From an uncultured Gammaproteobacteria bacterium (lineage in GTDB: Bacteria > Pseudomonadota > Gammaproteobacteria > JABCZS01): DNA of 64,000 nucleotides. Below the pieces are notes generated by a model. It did no database searches. It saw only the letters and a list, made by a program, of their open reading frames with translations, and was not told where the DNA came from. This document shows positions 1 through 9,083 of this stretch, piece after piece (position 1 is the stretch's first letter; each line of letters starts with the position of its first letter). The position numbers and the translations under genes were made by a program. Location: contig CAWKDC010000003.1 in the NCBI GenBank assembly GCA_963848305.1, positions 179,007-243,006 of the forward strand, read 5' to 3'.

Positions 1-307
1 GTTGTATAAAGTGATGAAGGCGAGGGGAAATCATGAAGGCGCGATTGAGCAAATGGTGCGTTTATACCATGATAAATTTTATGTGAACGGTTTTGATAAG
101 GATGAGCACGGGTATATTCGTATGGATGATTGGGAATTGGCTCCAGATATTCAAGAGGCCGTGCTGAAGATGTGGCCATCCATCACGACTGAAAATCTTG
201 AATCAATGAGCGACATTGCGGGTTACCGTGAAGATTTTGAAAAATTATTCGGCTTTCATCTGCCTGGTGTTGATTATGCTGCTGATGTGTCTCCGCTGGA
301 TATTTAA
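1..307 (+). CDS. fabV: enoyl-ACP/trans-2-enoyl-CoA reductase FabV, C-terminal part (truncated by window start)
   Basis: YKVMK..G.HEG.IEQM.RL, IRMDDWEL, GYREDF..LFGF match the FabV C-terminus. Confidence 0.85.
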   Translation, partial: LYKVMKARGNHEGAIEQMVRLYHDKFYVNGFDKDEHGYIRMDDWELAPDIQEAVLKMWPSITTENLESMSDIAGYREDFEKLFGFHLPGVDYAADVSPLDI

Positions 308-310
308 ATT

Positions 311-886
311 GTGATATTGTTGATCGATAATTACGATAGTTTTACCTACAATCTCTATCATATGTTGTTATCGCATCGAACAGATGTTCACGTGGTTCGA
401 CATGATAGGGTGGATATCAATGACATCACGTTATTAAATCCTGAGGCCATCATTTTATCGCCCGGCCCGGGTCATCCCAAAGATGCTGGGATTTGTGTTG
501 AACTCATTCAGCATTTTTCTGGGAAAATCCCGATACTGGGTGTTTGTTTGGGGCACCAAGCGATTGTACATGCGCTGGGGGGTGATATCATTTCCACAGG
601 GAAATTGGTGCACGGAAAGGCCAGTCTTGTTTATCATGATCAGCAAGGTATTTTCGCAAACATGTCCATGCCTTTTCAAGCGGGGCGTTACCATTCTTTG
701 ATGGCAGATCCTGATACATTACCTGATGTTTTGCGCATCACTGCGTACAGTGAACCGAACACCATCATGGCTGTGCAGCACCTGGAGCATCCGACTTTTG
801 GTGTGCAATTTCATCCAGAATCAATATTGACGCAGGGAGGGGGTATTTTGATCGCGACATGGATAAAAATGTTATCGCAATTTTAA
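311..886 (+). CDS. anthranilate/aminodeoxychorismate synthase component II (class I glutamine amidotransferase, TrpG/PabA)
   Basis: IDNYDSFTYNL, SPGPG, GVCLGHQ, RYHSL, GVQFHPES motifs; TrpG vs PabA not distinguishable. Confidence 0.93.
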   Translation: MILLIDNYDSFTYNLYHMLLSHRTDVHVVRHDRVDINDITLLNPEAIILSPGPGHPKDAGICVELIQHFSGKIPILGVCLGHQAIVHALGGDIISTGKLVHGKASLVYHDQQGIFANMSMPFQAGRYHSLMADPDTLPDVLRITAYSEPNTIMAVQHLEHPTFGVQFHPESILTQGGGILIATWIKMLSQF

Positions 887-1647
887 CGTAACACTTTCAA
901 CCCACTGCCCAAATTTAACGACGACATTAATCTTTTGAAGGCATTTAATTCAGACTCCGATTCAAATGGACCGACGTGCACGCGGTATAACGAGGTGTCT
1001 GATTTGATTTCAACCGGTTTGTCTGTGTGTGTTTGCAAGGTTTCCAGCAGGCTTTCCGCATTCGTGGGATTCGTGAAAGCAGCGACCTGTACATAGATAG
1101 GTTCTTGAGCGGCAGGCTCTTGAGCATCTAGCGCCTCTACTTTCACACGCCCTGTGCCCAGATTCACAATCCCAAGCTTTTTGGCCGCGGCATACGATAA
1201 ATCGATGATACGTCCATGTGCAAAAGGCCCGCGATCATTGACGCGCACAACGGTGGATTCATTGTTATCCAGGTTGGTTACGCGTACATAGCTGGGGATG
1301 GGTAAATGTTTGTGCGCAGCAGTCATCGCAAACATATCGTAGGGTTCACCACTGGAGGTGCGGCGACCATGAAATTTTGTGCCATACCAGGATGCAACGC
1401 CTTCTTCTTCATACCCCAGGTGCGAATCCCAGACTTCATATTTTTTGCCTAGGGCCATATAAGTTGATGGATTACCATATTTGCTGTAAGGCTCAGCTTG
1501 GGGGATGGGTTCCTTCACATGGCTGACGTCTACGGGTTTGGGTGGCGCGCCGTCTGTGGAAGTTTGCTTGACTGGTGGGATATGGGGTGGGTTGCTTTGG
1601 CATCCGACTAAAAAAGTGATCAGGATAAGGGGCACGAATTTCAGCAT
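883..1647 (-). CDS. rlpA: septal ring lytic transglycosylase lipoprotein RlpA
   Basis: lipobox LVGC, GVASWYG..FHGRRTSSGE, TAAHK.LP, VNDRGPF, C-terminal SPOR-like domain. Confidence 0.93.
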   Translation of the reverse strand: MLKFVPLILITFLVGCQSNPPHIPPVKQTSTDGAPPKPVDVSHVKEPIPQAEPYSKYGNPSTYMALGKKYEVWDSHLGYEEEGVASWYGTKFHGRRTSSGEPYDMFAMTAAHKHLPIPSYVRVTNLDNNESTVVRVNDRGPFAHGRIIDLSYAAAKKLGIVNLGTGRVKVEALDAQEPAAQEPIYVQVAAFTNPTNAESLLETLQTHTDKPVEIKSDTSLYRVHVGPFESESELNAFKRLMSSLNLGSGLKVLR

Positions 1648-1735
1648 GATGATTCTCCTGTTATATAAGGATAGCGCAGAAAATGGTTGATGCTGGTTAA
1701 AGAATGAGGGAGCTCTGCCGATACGTTTTTACATG

Positions 1736-1810
<75 letters not shown>

Positions 1811-1935
1811 ACTAACGGGGCTATACTACTGTAATCAGCGGCTTACGTCAACGGTTTTTTTTGGATTTTTGCTGGTGTGTCAGGGATTCGCGTAGTATAT
1901 TTAAAACAGGATCTGAATAAAACAAGGGGGCGGAC

Positions 1936-2169
1936 ATGTCCAGTACAACACCGAATTATCATGCTCGGCTGGCCGAACAACAATTGCCTGGTCTGATTGA
2001 GCAGTACACTGATGCACTTGAATCGCTTATTAACCGTATTGAATTATTGTATCCTTATGCGCAGCCTGCCTCAGAAAGCAAGGCTGATCATGAAGCAGAT
2101 GTCAAGCGTCATCAAGAAGCATTGGGCATGATCAATACCGCCATACAATCAGAATTAGGAGAAAAATAA
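1936..2169 (+). CDS. small hypothetical protein
   Basis: 77-aa ORF with AAGGGGG RBS-like leader; stop overlaps the next start (TAATG). Confidence 0.6.
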   Translation: MSSTTPNYHARLAEQQLPGLIEQYTDALESLINRIELLYPYAQPASESKADHEADVKRHQEALGMINTAIQSELGEK

Positions 2170-2450
2170 TGGGTATTATTACCACGCAACCCGAATTGAT
2201 CGCATTATCGCAAAATGCGATTTCGAAATACCGTGTGGCCATTGAAACGGCTTTCAAAGATCCTGCTAAAGCCAAAGAGCAGATGAAAGAGGGGATTCAA
2301 TTTTGTGAACATGCCCAGCAAGAACTGGCCAGAACACCCATGATGGAACCTTTGAAGGGGCTCGCCACGCTCGGCGTGATGGATTGGGCTTCTGTGGCCA
2401 ATGCCCTGGCGCAAAAGCGCGAGGCGAAAAAATCAGGACCGAGGGTGTAG
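2169..2450 (+). CDS. small hypothetical protein
   Basis: 93-aa ORF, AGGAG upstream, translationally coupled to previous ORF. Confidence 0.6.
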   Translation: MGIITTQPELIALSQNAISKYRVAIETAFKDPAKAKEQMKEGIQFCEHAQQELARTPMMEPLKGLATLGVMDWASVANALAQKREAKKSGPRV

Positions 2451-2468
2451 GGGCGTATATTTGCTCCC
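2447..2468 (+). repeat. GTAG-type REP-like palindrome
   Basis: GTAGGGGCGTATATTTGCTCCC; related copies at 5726, 6542, 18614, 34195, 35508, 50494, 53986. Confidence 0.6.
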
Positions 2469-2486
2469 CCCCGCGAATGCGGGGGG
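2466..2486. terminator. GC hairpin between convergent genes, possible terminator
   Basis: CCCCCCCGC-GAAT-GCGGGGGG inverted repeat; no clear U-tract. Confidence 0.45.
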
Positions 2487-2499
2487 TAAGCAGATAGTT

Positions 2500-3678
2500 T
2501 TATAATACCTCTCTCATCCTCTCTATCGCTTTCTTCAAATTATCCATGCTGGTCGCGAATGACAAGCGCACATAACCGTTCAAACCAAAGGCAGAGCCGG
2601 GCACCAACGCCACGCGGGCTTTTTCCAGCAGGAAGGCGCAGAAGTCTGTGTCATCCTTGAAGCCATGTTTTTCCATCGCTTTTTTCACACAAGGGAAGGA
2701 ATAGAATGTCCCATCGCTTGGTGTGCATTCAAAGCCAGGCAATGCATTCAATGCATCAACCAAATAATCGTGGCGTTCTTTAAACGCTTTCAACATCATT
2801 TGTATGCAGCTTTGATCACCTGTTAATGCAGCCAAAGCGGCTTTTTGTGCGATAGACGTGGGATTTGATGTGCAATGCGATTGGATTTTTTCCATCGCGG
2901 CAATGATTTCTTTGGGGCCAGCAGCATAGCCAATGCGCCAACCTGTCATGGCATAGCTTTTCGAGACGCCATGCAAAATCACTGTGCGATCGTATAAATC
3001 CGGCGCCACATTCAAGATATTCACAAAAGGTTCTGGCGTCCAGAGCATTTTTTCATACATGTCGTCGGTGCCAATCACGATGCGTGGGTGCTTCCTGAGC
3101 ACCTCTGCCAAACTGCGTAATTCATCAGCCGTATAAGCGACACCTGAGGGGTTAGAGGGGCTGTTCAAATAAAACAACTTGGTTTTAGGGGTGATCGCAG
3201 CTTCAAGTTGTTTCGCAGTGATCTTAAAACGTTGATCAATGCCAGCTTCAATATAGACAGGTTTCGCATCAGCCAATTCGGCAAAAGCAGGGTAGGAAAC
3301 CCAATAAGGGGAAGGGATGATGACCTCATCCCCTTCATCCAAGATAGCCTGGGCAAGATTGTAGCAGGATTGTTTGCCGCCGGTAGACACAATCACCTGG
3401 TTGAGCCCGTAGGTGATGCCGTTATCCTTTTGAAATTTATCAGCAATGGCTTGTTTGAGTTCTGGAATGCCATCAACGGCGGTATATTTTGTAAAACCCT
3501 GTTCAATCGCTTGAATGGCAGCACGTTTGATATGCTCAGGGGTGTCAAAGTCGGGTTCGCCGGCGGCCAGTGCAATCACATCGACGCCTTGACGCTTGAG
3601 TGCAGCTGCCTTGGTGGTGATCACGAGTGTGGGGGAAGGTTGAATGCGTTCTGAGCGGGCGGAAAAAGAAATAGTCAT
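2500..3678 (-). CDS. PLP-dependent aminotransferase class I/II (aspartate aminotransferase-like)
   Basis: GEPDFDTP, NSPSNPSG, DDMYE, SKSYAMTGWRIGY. Confidence 0.93.
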   Translation of the reverse strand: MTISFSARSERIQPSPTLVITTKAAALKRQGVDVIALAAGEPDFDTPEHIKRAAIQAIEQGFTKYTAVDGIPELKQAIADKFQKDNGITYGLNQVIVSTGGKQSCYNLAQAILDEGDEVIIPSPYWVSYPAFAELADAKPVYIEAGIDQRFKITAKQLEAAITPKTKLFYLNSPSNPSGVAYTADELRSLAEVLRKHPRIVIGTDDMYEKMLWTPEPFVNILNVAPDLYDRTVILHGVSKSYAMTGWRIGYAAGPKEIIAAMEKIQSHCTSNPTSIAQKAALAALTGDQSCIQMMLKAFKERHDYLVDALNALPGFECTPSDGTFYSFPCVKKAMEKHGFKDDTDFCAFLLEKARVALVPGSAFGLNGYVRLSFATSMDNLKKAIERMREVL

Positions 3679-3743
3679 GAAATAGCTCCTTAATGATGGA
3701 CAGCGACTTGCGTATTCTACCCGAAACTCATTAGAATGTCCCT

Positions 3744-5729
3744 ATGAAAGACACCTTCCGTTTAAAAAGCAACTTCGAGCCAACTGGCGACCAGCCGAGT
3801 GCGATTGCCTCCCTGACTGAGGGTCTAGAAGACGGCCTGGCCAAGCAAACCTTGATTGGCGTGACAGGTTCGGGCAAGACGTTTAGCATCGCTCATGTGA
3901 TTGCCAAGGCGAATCGCCCAACCTTGATCATGGCACCCAATAAAACTTTGGCCGCACAATTATACGGCGAAATGAAATCGTTTTTCCCACATAATGCCGT
4001 CGAGTATTTTGTGTCCTATTACGATTATTATCAACCCGAAGCTTATGTGCCATCATCGGATACCTATATTGAAAAAGATGCGTCCATCAATGCGCATATC
4101 GAGCAAATGCGATTATCTGCCACGAAAGCACTGCTCGAGCGCAATGATGCGATCATCGTGGCCAGTGTGTCTGCGATTTACGGATTGGGTGATCCGCGTT
4201 TATATTTAAGCATGGTATTGCATTTGGATCGGGGCGATAAAATTGATCAGCGCCATATTTTAAAACGGTTGGCCGAATTACAGTATGCGCGCAATGACAT
4301 GGATTTTCGACGCGCGACTTACCGTGTGCGAGGCGATGTGATTGATGTTTTCCCAGCTGAATCTGATGAAGAAGCCTTGCGCATCCAATTGTTTGATGAT
4401 GAAATTGAATCACTGCAGTTTTTTGATCCACTCACCGGTGAAATATTGCGCAACGTGCCACGTGCCACTGTTTATCCCAAATCTCATTATGTGACGCCGC
4501 GAGAAAATGTATTGAAAGCGATTGATGCGATCAAAGGTGAATTGAAAGAGCGTCTGGCACAATTATCCGATCTGAATAAACTGGTCGAATATCAACGTCT
4601 TGATCAGCGTACACGATATGATTTAGAAATGCTGAATGAATTAGGTTATTGTCAAGGCATTGAAAATTACAGCCGTCATTTATCTGGATATCCGGCCGGC
4701 AAGGCGCCGCCCACTTTATTTGAATATTTGCCAAAAAACTCGCTGTTGATCATTGATGAATCGCATGTCACTGTGCCACAAATTGGTGCGATGTATCATG
4801 GCGATCGTTCACGCAAAACAACGTTGGTGGAATATGGTTTTCGGTTACCGAGCGCACTAGACAATCGTCCCATGCGTTTCGATGAATTTGAAGCACGTTC
4901 TCCGCAAACGATATATGTCTCGGCCACACCCGGCCCATATGAATTAGAGCACAGCGATAAAGTATGTGAACAGGTGATCCGTCCCACGGGATTATTAGAT
5001 CCGGAAATTGAAATACGCCCCGTCGGCTCACAGGTCGATGATGTCTTATCTGAAATCACCAAACGCGTGGCATTAGGGGATCGCGTGATGATCACGACCC
5101 TCACGAAACGCATGTCTGAAGATTTAACGGATTATTTATCAGAACATGGTGTGAAGGTGCGATATCTGCATTCTGATATTGATACGATTGAACGCGTGGA
5201 AATCATTCGTGATTTTAGATTAGGTGAATTTGATGTTTTGGTGGGTATTAACTTATTGCGAGAAGGGTTGGATATGCCCGAAGTCTCATTGGTCGCGATA
5301 TTTGATGCTGATAAAGAAGGGTTTTTACGCTCGACACGATCACTCATTCAAACGATTGGGCGGGCTGCGCGGAATGCACGTGGCAAAGCCATTTTATACG
5401 CTGATAGGATCACGGATTCTATGAAGACAGCGATGGGTGAAACAGAACGTCGCCGCATGAAACAAATGGCTTACAATGAACAACATGGCATCACACCCCA
5501 AACCGTGATGAAATCAGTGGAAGATATTCTGGAAGGCGCGACATCTTTTTCGGGTAAGTCACGGCAGAAAAAACAAACTGTCGATCAGGAAACGCAATCA
5601 CTGACCCCAGTGGAGCTCGCCAAAAAAATTAAAACATTAGAAAATGAAATGTATGAATGTGCGAAAAACTTAGAGTTCGAAAAAGCTGCCCAAATCAGAG
5701 ATCAATTACATCTATTAATTGCATTGTAG
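3744..5729 (+). CDS. uvrB: excinuclease ABC subunit UvrB
   Basis: [37 protein letters not shown]-terminal UVR domain. Confidence 0.98.
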   Translation: MKDTFRLKSNFEPTGDQPSAIASLTEGLEDGLAKQTLIGVTGSGKTFSIAHVIAKANRPTLIMAPNKTLAAQLYGEMKSFFPHNAVEYFVSYYDYYQPEAYVPSSDTYIEKDASINAHIEQMRLSATKALLERNDAIIVASVSAIYGLGDPRLYLSMVLHLDRGDKIDQRHILKRLAELQYARNDMDFRRATYRVRGDVIDVFPAESDEEALRIQLFDDEIESLQFFDPLTGEILRNVPRATVYPKSHYVTPRENVLKAIDAIKGELKERLAQLSDLNKLVEYQRLDQRTRYDLEMLNELGYCQGIENYSRHLSGYPAGKAPPTLFEYLPKNSLLIIDESHVTVPQIGAMYHGDRSRKTTLVEYGFRLPSALDNRPMRFDEFEARSPQTIYVSATPGPYELEHSDKVCEQVIRPTGLLDPEIEIRPVGSQVDDVLSEITKRVALGDRVMITTLTKRMSEDLTDYLSEHGVKVRYLHSDIDTIERVEIIRDFRLGEFDVLVGINLLREGLDMPEVSLVAIFDADKEGFLRSTRSLIQTIGRAARNARGKAILYADRITDSMKTAMGETERRRMKQMAYNEQHGITPQTVMKSVEDILEGATSFSGKSRQKKQTVDQETQSLTPVELAKKIKTLENEMYECAKNLEFEKAAQIRDQLHLLIAL

Positions 5730-5753
5730 GGGCACATCAATCTAACATAGAAA

Positions 5754-6515
5754 TCAAATAATGCAGCATCCTAATGTGAACGCCACATCCTCTTGCTTCG
5801 GTATCGCGTGCAATTCCGGGCCTTGCGTGAGAAAACGTACGCTGACTCTATGTTTGCCGCCACTGATCTCAGGGAAAACATCATGATTTTTCAATTTGAT
5901 GCGGATCATTTGGCAAGGCGTGTGCGTTTCGAGCATTTTCTGAAAATAACCCGCAGTCGCAACGGCTTCTTCTTCATACGCGCTGTGTCGGATGATATTG
6001 AGCAGCAGGGTGACAGTGGTTTCGATGGGAAAGAAATGCTCATACCATGTTTCGAGTGATACATGCCGATGCTTGGCAGGTTGGCTTAGCCAGAAATGGA
6101 ATGCCGGGACATCAAAGCTGCACGTGCCGCCAGGAATGGAAAGCCTTGGGCGCACAATATTCAGCAATTCATTGTTGCGCAAACCATCGCCGAGACGGCC
6201 GGTAGTTTGGCGCAAAGTGGTTGAGTGTTCCTTTAACATGCTCAGCAGATTGTCCAATGTTTTTTGATTCACGTCAGGTTTTTCTTTGAGTTTGTTCAAT
6301 ACGCCGGAGAGGCGATCGATTTCTTTAAAAAATTCTGTTTTGAGATCGGCGCGTTCAAGCAAGCTCAGGACTTCAATTATCCCAGCAATGGCTTGTCTAT
6401 GCCAGGCGCTGTCATTATCGAGCGCTTGACGCGTTTGGCTGAATAAATGTTCAAGACGCAGCAAAGTGCGCATACGTTCATTCAGCGGTTGTTCATATAT
6501 GATATGGTTTGGCAT
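5754..6515 (-). CDS. zapD: cell division protein ZapD
   Basis: YEQPLNERMRTLLRLE, RLSIPGGTCSFDVP, PEISGGKHR. Confidence 0.93.
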   Translation of the reverse strand: MPNHIIYEQPLNERMRTLLRLEHLFSQTRQALDNDSAWHRQAIAGIIEVLSLLERADLKTEFFKEIDRLSGVLNKLKEKPDVNQKTLDNLLSMLKEHSTTLRQTTGRLGDGLRNNELLNIVRPRLSIPGGTCSFDVPAFHFWLSQPAKHRHVSLETWYEHFFPIETTVTLLLNIIRHSAYEEEAVATAGYFQKMLETHTPCQMIRIKLKNHDVFPEISGGKHRVSVRFLTQGPELHAIPKQEDVAFTLGCCII

Positions 6516-6541
6516 GATGGATGAAGTATAGCAGGTCTATT

Positions 6542-6567
6542 GTAGGGGCGCAGCATGCTGCGCCCTA
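6542..6567 (+). repeat. GTAG-type REP-like palindrome
   Basis: GTAGGGGCGCAGCATGCTGCGCCCTA, near-perfect inverted repeat in an intergenic gap. Confidence 0.65.
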
Positions 6568-6585
6568 ATTTTAAATGCCCCGCAT

Positions 6586-7755
6586 CTAGATCAGCAGCCC
6601 AGTCACTGCCACCCAAACGCCAAATCCCATCACCAATATAGGCAAGAACTTGCCGCAGACTTTCAACTTGATGGCCATGAGTGGCGGGAGGATGAATGCC
6701 ATGATGGCGAGAAACACGCCGCCAAATGCCAACAGACGAATAAACCCATCAGGATACAAGATCGCGGCCAACAAGGGCAGGCCAAATGTCAATAGCCCTA
6801 TCACTTTGCGTTGTCGAAAAAAGGCAGATTGTGATGACAAGCTGTCACTTAAAAAATCAAACAGGCCGAGTGTGACGCCCAAAAATGAGGTGACGAGGGC
6901 GATGGGGGCGAGTGTTTGAATCACATAATTTAGAACCGGCTGATCGAGACGCGCAACCCACAGCGCAATGAACGGTTCAACGTCAGGTGTGGTGAGGGTG
7001 GCGAAACTGTTCGGCCCTGTGCGGGGAATAACCCCAAGCGTGATCACGACCCAGAAAATATACGCGAAGAGGGGGATCAGGCTTCCCCAGAGTAATGCTT
7101 GTTTCAGCGATGTTTCATCATACTGCATATACTGGGCCAAAGACGGAATAATATGATGGTAACCGAAAGAAACGAATAACACAGGCACGGCAAGCCATAA
7201 CCCTGTCCAGGCCGGCGCACCTTCTATGGCGAGTGTGGCGTTGACGTGAGGGGTGCACAGCGCAATCATGACAATGAATAAGAGCGCTTTGATCCCCATC
7301 AATACACGGTTCAGTGTATCCGTTGCACGGGTGCTCACGACGATGAAGGCGCCCAATACGACAGTGAATAACAATTCCAATAGCCCTGTAGGCGCCACAT
7401 AGCCTTGTGACAATAACAGAGATCTCAGCAGCGAGCTGCCGCCCGTGATATACGCGACGGTCAGTGAGAATAGCAATCCGAGAACACAAGCGCGCGCAAC
7501 CCATTGACCCGGTTTGCCCAAGGTGAGCAATGCCATGCGGTTGATGTGCAGATCCGTTTTCGGCAATGCCATGGTGACAGTCAATAAGATACGCCCCGCC
7601 AATAAACTGAACAACCACATCAGCCCCAGCAGCCCCAAGGTGATAGGCACGCCTAACGACGCGGTAGCGAGGGGAATCCCAAGCATCCCTGCACCTATTG
7701 CAGTGCCGGTGATGAGCAGGGCGGATCCAACCATTTTTGAGCTCATGCTATACAT
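6586..7755 (-). CDS. aromatic amino acid permease (TyrP/Mtr family)
   Basis: GTAIGAGMLGIP, SFGYHHIIPSL, TSFLGVTLGLFD; multiple TM segments. Confidence 0.9.
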   Translation of the reverse strand: MYSMSSKMVGSALLITGTAIGAGMLGIPLATASLGVPITLGLLGLMWLFSLLAGRILLTVTMALPKTDLHINRMALLTLGKPGQWVARACVLGLLFSLTVAYITGGSSLLRSLLLSQGYVAPTGLLELLFTVVLGAFIVVSTRATDTLNRVLMGIKALLFIVMIALCTPHVNATLAIEGAPAWTGLWLAVPVLFVSFGYHHIIPSLAQYMQYDETSLKQALLWGSLIPLFAYIFWVVITLGVIPRTGPNSFATLTTPDVEPFIALWVARLDQPVLNYVIQTLAPIALVTSFLGVTLGLFDFLSDSLSSQSAFFRQRKVIGLLTFGLPLLAAILYPDGFIRLLAFGGVFLAIMAFILPPLMAIKLKVCGKFLPILVMGFGVWVAVTGLLI

Positions 7756-7759
7756 CCTG

Positions 7760-8971
7760 TTATGACCAAACGGGGAGTAAATTCAATTGACGTAATATTT
7801 CAATGGTGATGAACACACCGCCCATCAGTAGTACGACAATGATCGTCAGTGTACCCCCAAATACTTGGTAGGGGGAAGACAGCGCTGGGTTTTTGCGGCG
7901 AGCATAAGCCATCAGCGCGGGTACAATCATTAAAATAATCGCCACGAAAATAGATGCGATGCTGAGTAATGCAATAAAGCCTTCGGGGTAAACAATCACA
8001 AATATGAGCGGGGGAACAAATGTCAGCAGTGTCGTGCGCAGACGATGGGGCGTTTTATCTTTGGCATCTTGCAGGCAATCGAACAGGCCTAAACTCACGC
8101 CCAAGAAAGAAGTGATCATCGCTAAATTCGCAAAAGCGTTGATCACACCGTTGAGCCAAGGGGCTGGGCGTGCATGGCTGATCGCAATCATCAGGGAAGA
8201 CAGGGATCCATCATTTTGTGCAAGCGCTTTGAAACCCATCTCGCCTTCATAAGGCACGGTGCCCAATAATGCGGCGAGCCAAAAGATGTAAATCAGTAAC
8301 GGCAACAAACTAGCACAGCATAAGACTGTTTTGAGTGAGGAGACATCGTATTTTAAATAAGGGGCAAGTGAGGGGATCACGATGTGAAACCCGAATGCCG
8401 TTAAGACCACCGGCAGTGCAGTCAAGGTATAGGTAGGTTCAAATTGGGTGAAGAGGGGGGCCACATCAATTTGAGGCAGGAAAAATGCAAAAATCAGGCC
8501 GAGCAGGATCAACTTGATGGAGAAGAAACTGCGGTTCAATAAATCCACGGCACGTGTGCCAAAAGCCACGGTGCCTCCCAAAATCGCCGTGAAAATCAGT
8601 TCGTTCAGCCATGTGGGTGGGGCTTTGCCGAAGGCAAGCGTGCAGATGGCTTCAAATAAAGAGCCGCCGCCTGTGATATAGGCTGAAATCAGGATATATA
8701 AGAGCATCACAAATGACACGTAGGTCATGATCTTGCCGGGTTTACCCAGGGTGGCCTGTGCCATAGAGGGGTAGCTGTTGTTTGGGGCTTTAAACGCCAG
8801 ATTGACTTCTAATGTTAGCAAGGCTGATACAAACATCCCCGCCCATAAGACAATGAACATCATCGTAGAGGGGATGAACCCCGGGCCGGCAGCCACCAGC
8901 GGAAATGCCAGCATGCCTGCCCCAATGGCGGTGCCAGCGGCAATGAGTGTTGACCCGATGATTTTGTTCAT
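7760..8971 (-). CDS. aromatic amino acid permease (TyrP/Mtr family), tandem paralog
   Basis: GTAIGAGMLAFP, AFGFHIVIPSL, TSFLGVSLGLFD; start placed at MNKIIGS (ORF extends to 9004). Confidence 0.9.
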   Translation of the reverse strand: MNKIIGSTLIAAGTAIGAGMLAFPLVAAGPGFIPSTMMFIVLWAGMFVSALLTLEVNLAFKAPNNSYPSMAQATLGKPGKIMTYVSFVMLLYILISAYITGGGSLFEAICTLAFGKAPPTWLNELIFTAILGGTVAFGTRAVDLLNRSFFSIKLILLGLIFAFFLPQIDVAPLFTQFEPTYTLTALPVVLTAFGFHIVIPSLAPYLKYDVSSLKTVLCCASLLPLLIYIFWLAALLGTVPYEGEMGFKALAQNDGSLSSLMIAISHARPAPWLNGVINAFANLAMITSFLGVSLGLFDCLQDAKDKTPHRLRTTLLTFVPPLIFVIVYPEGFIALLSIASIFVAIILMIVPALMAYARRKNPALSSPYQVFGGTLTIIVVLLMGGVFITIEILRQLNLLPVWS

Positions 8972-9083
8972 GATATTCCCCAACAATAAAAACCATTCTA
9001 CCATGATTCATCTTGCTTGTAGGTCATTGTATCTCAGAGTAACATGACTATAATTGAATGAGGTTAATGAACAAGAGGTTACC

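Noticed and set aside
5754-5768. CaaX-like end (CCII) on ZapD
   Set aside because: Terminal cysteines are typical of this housekeeping family
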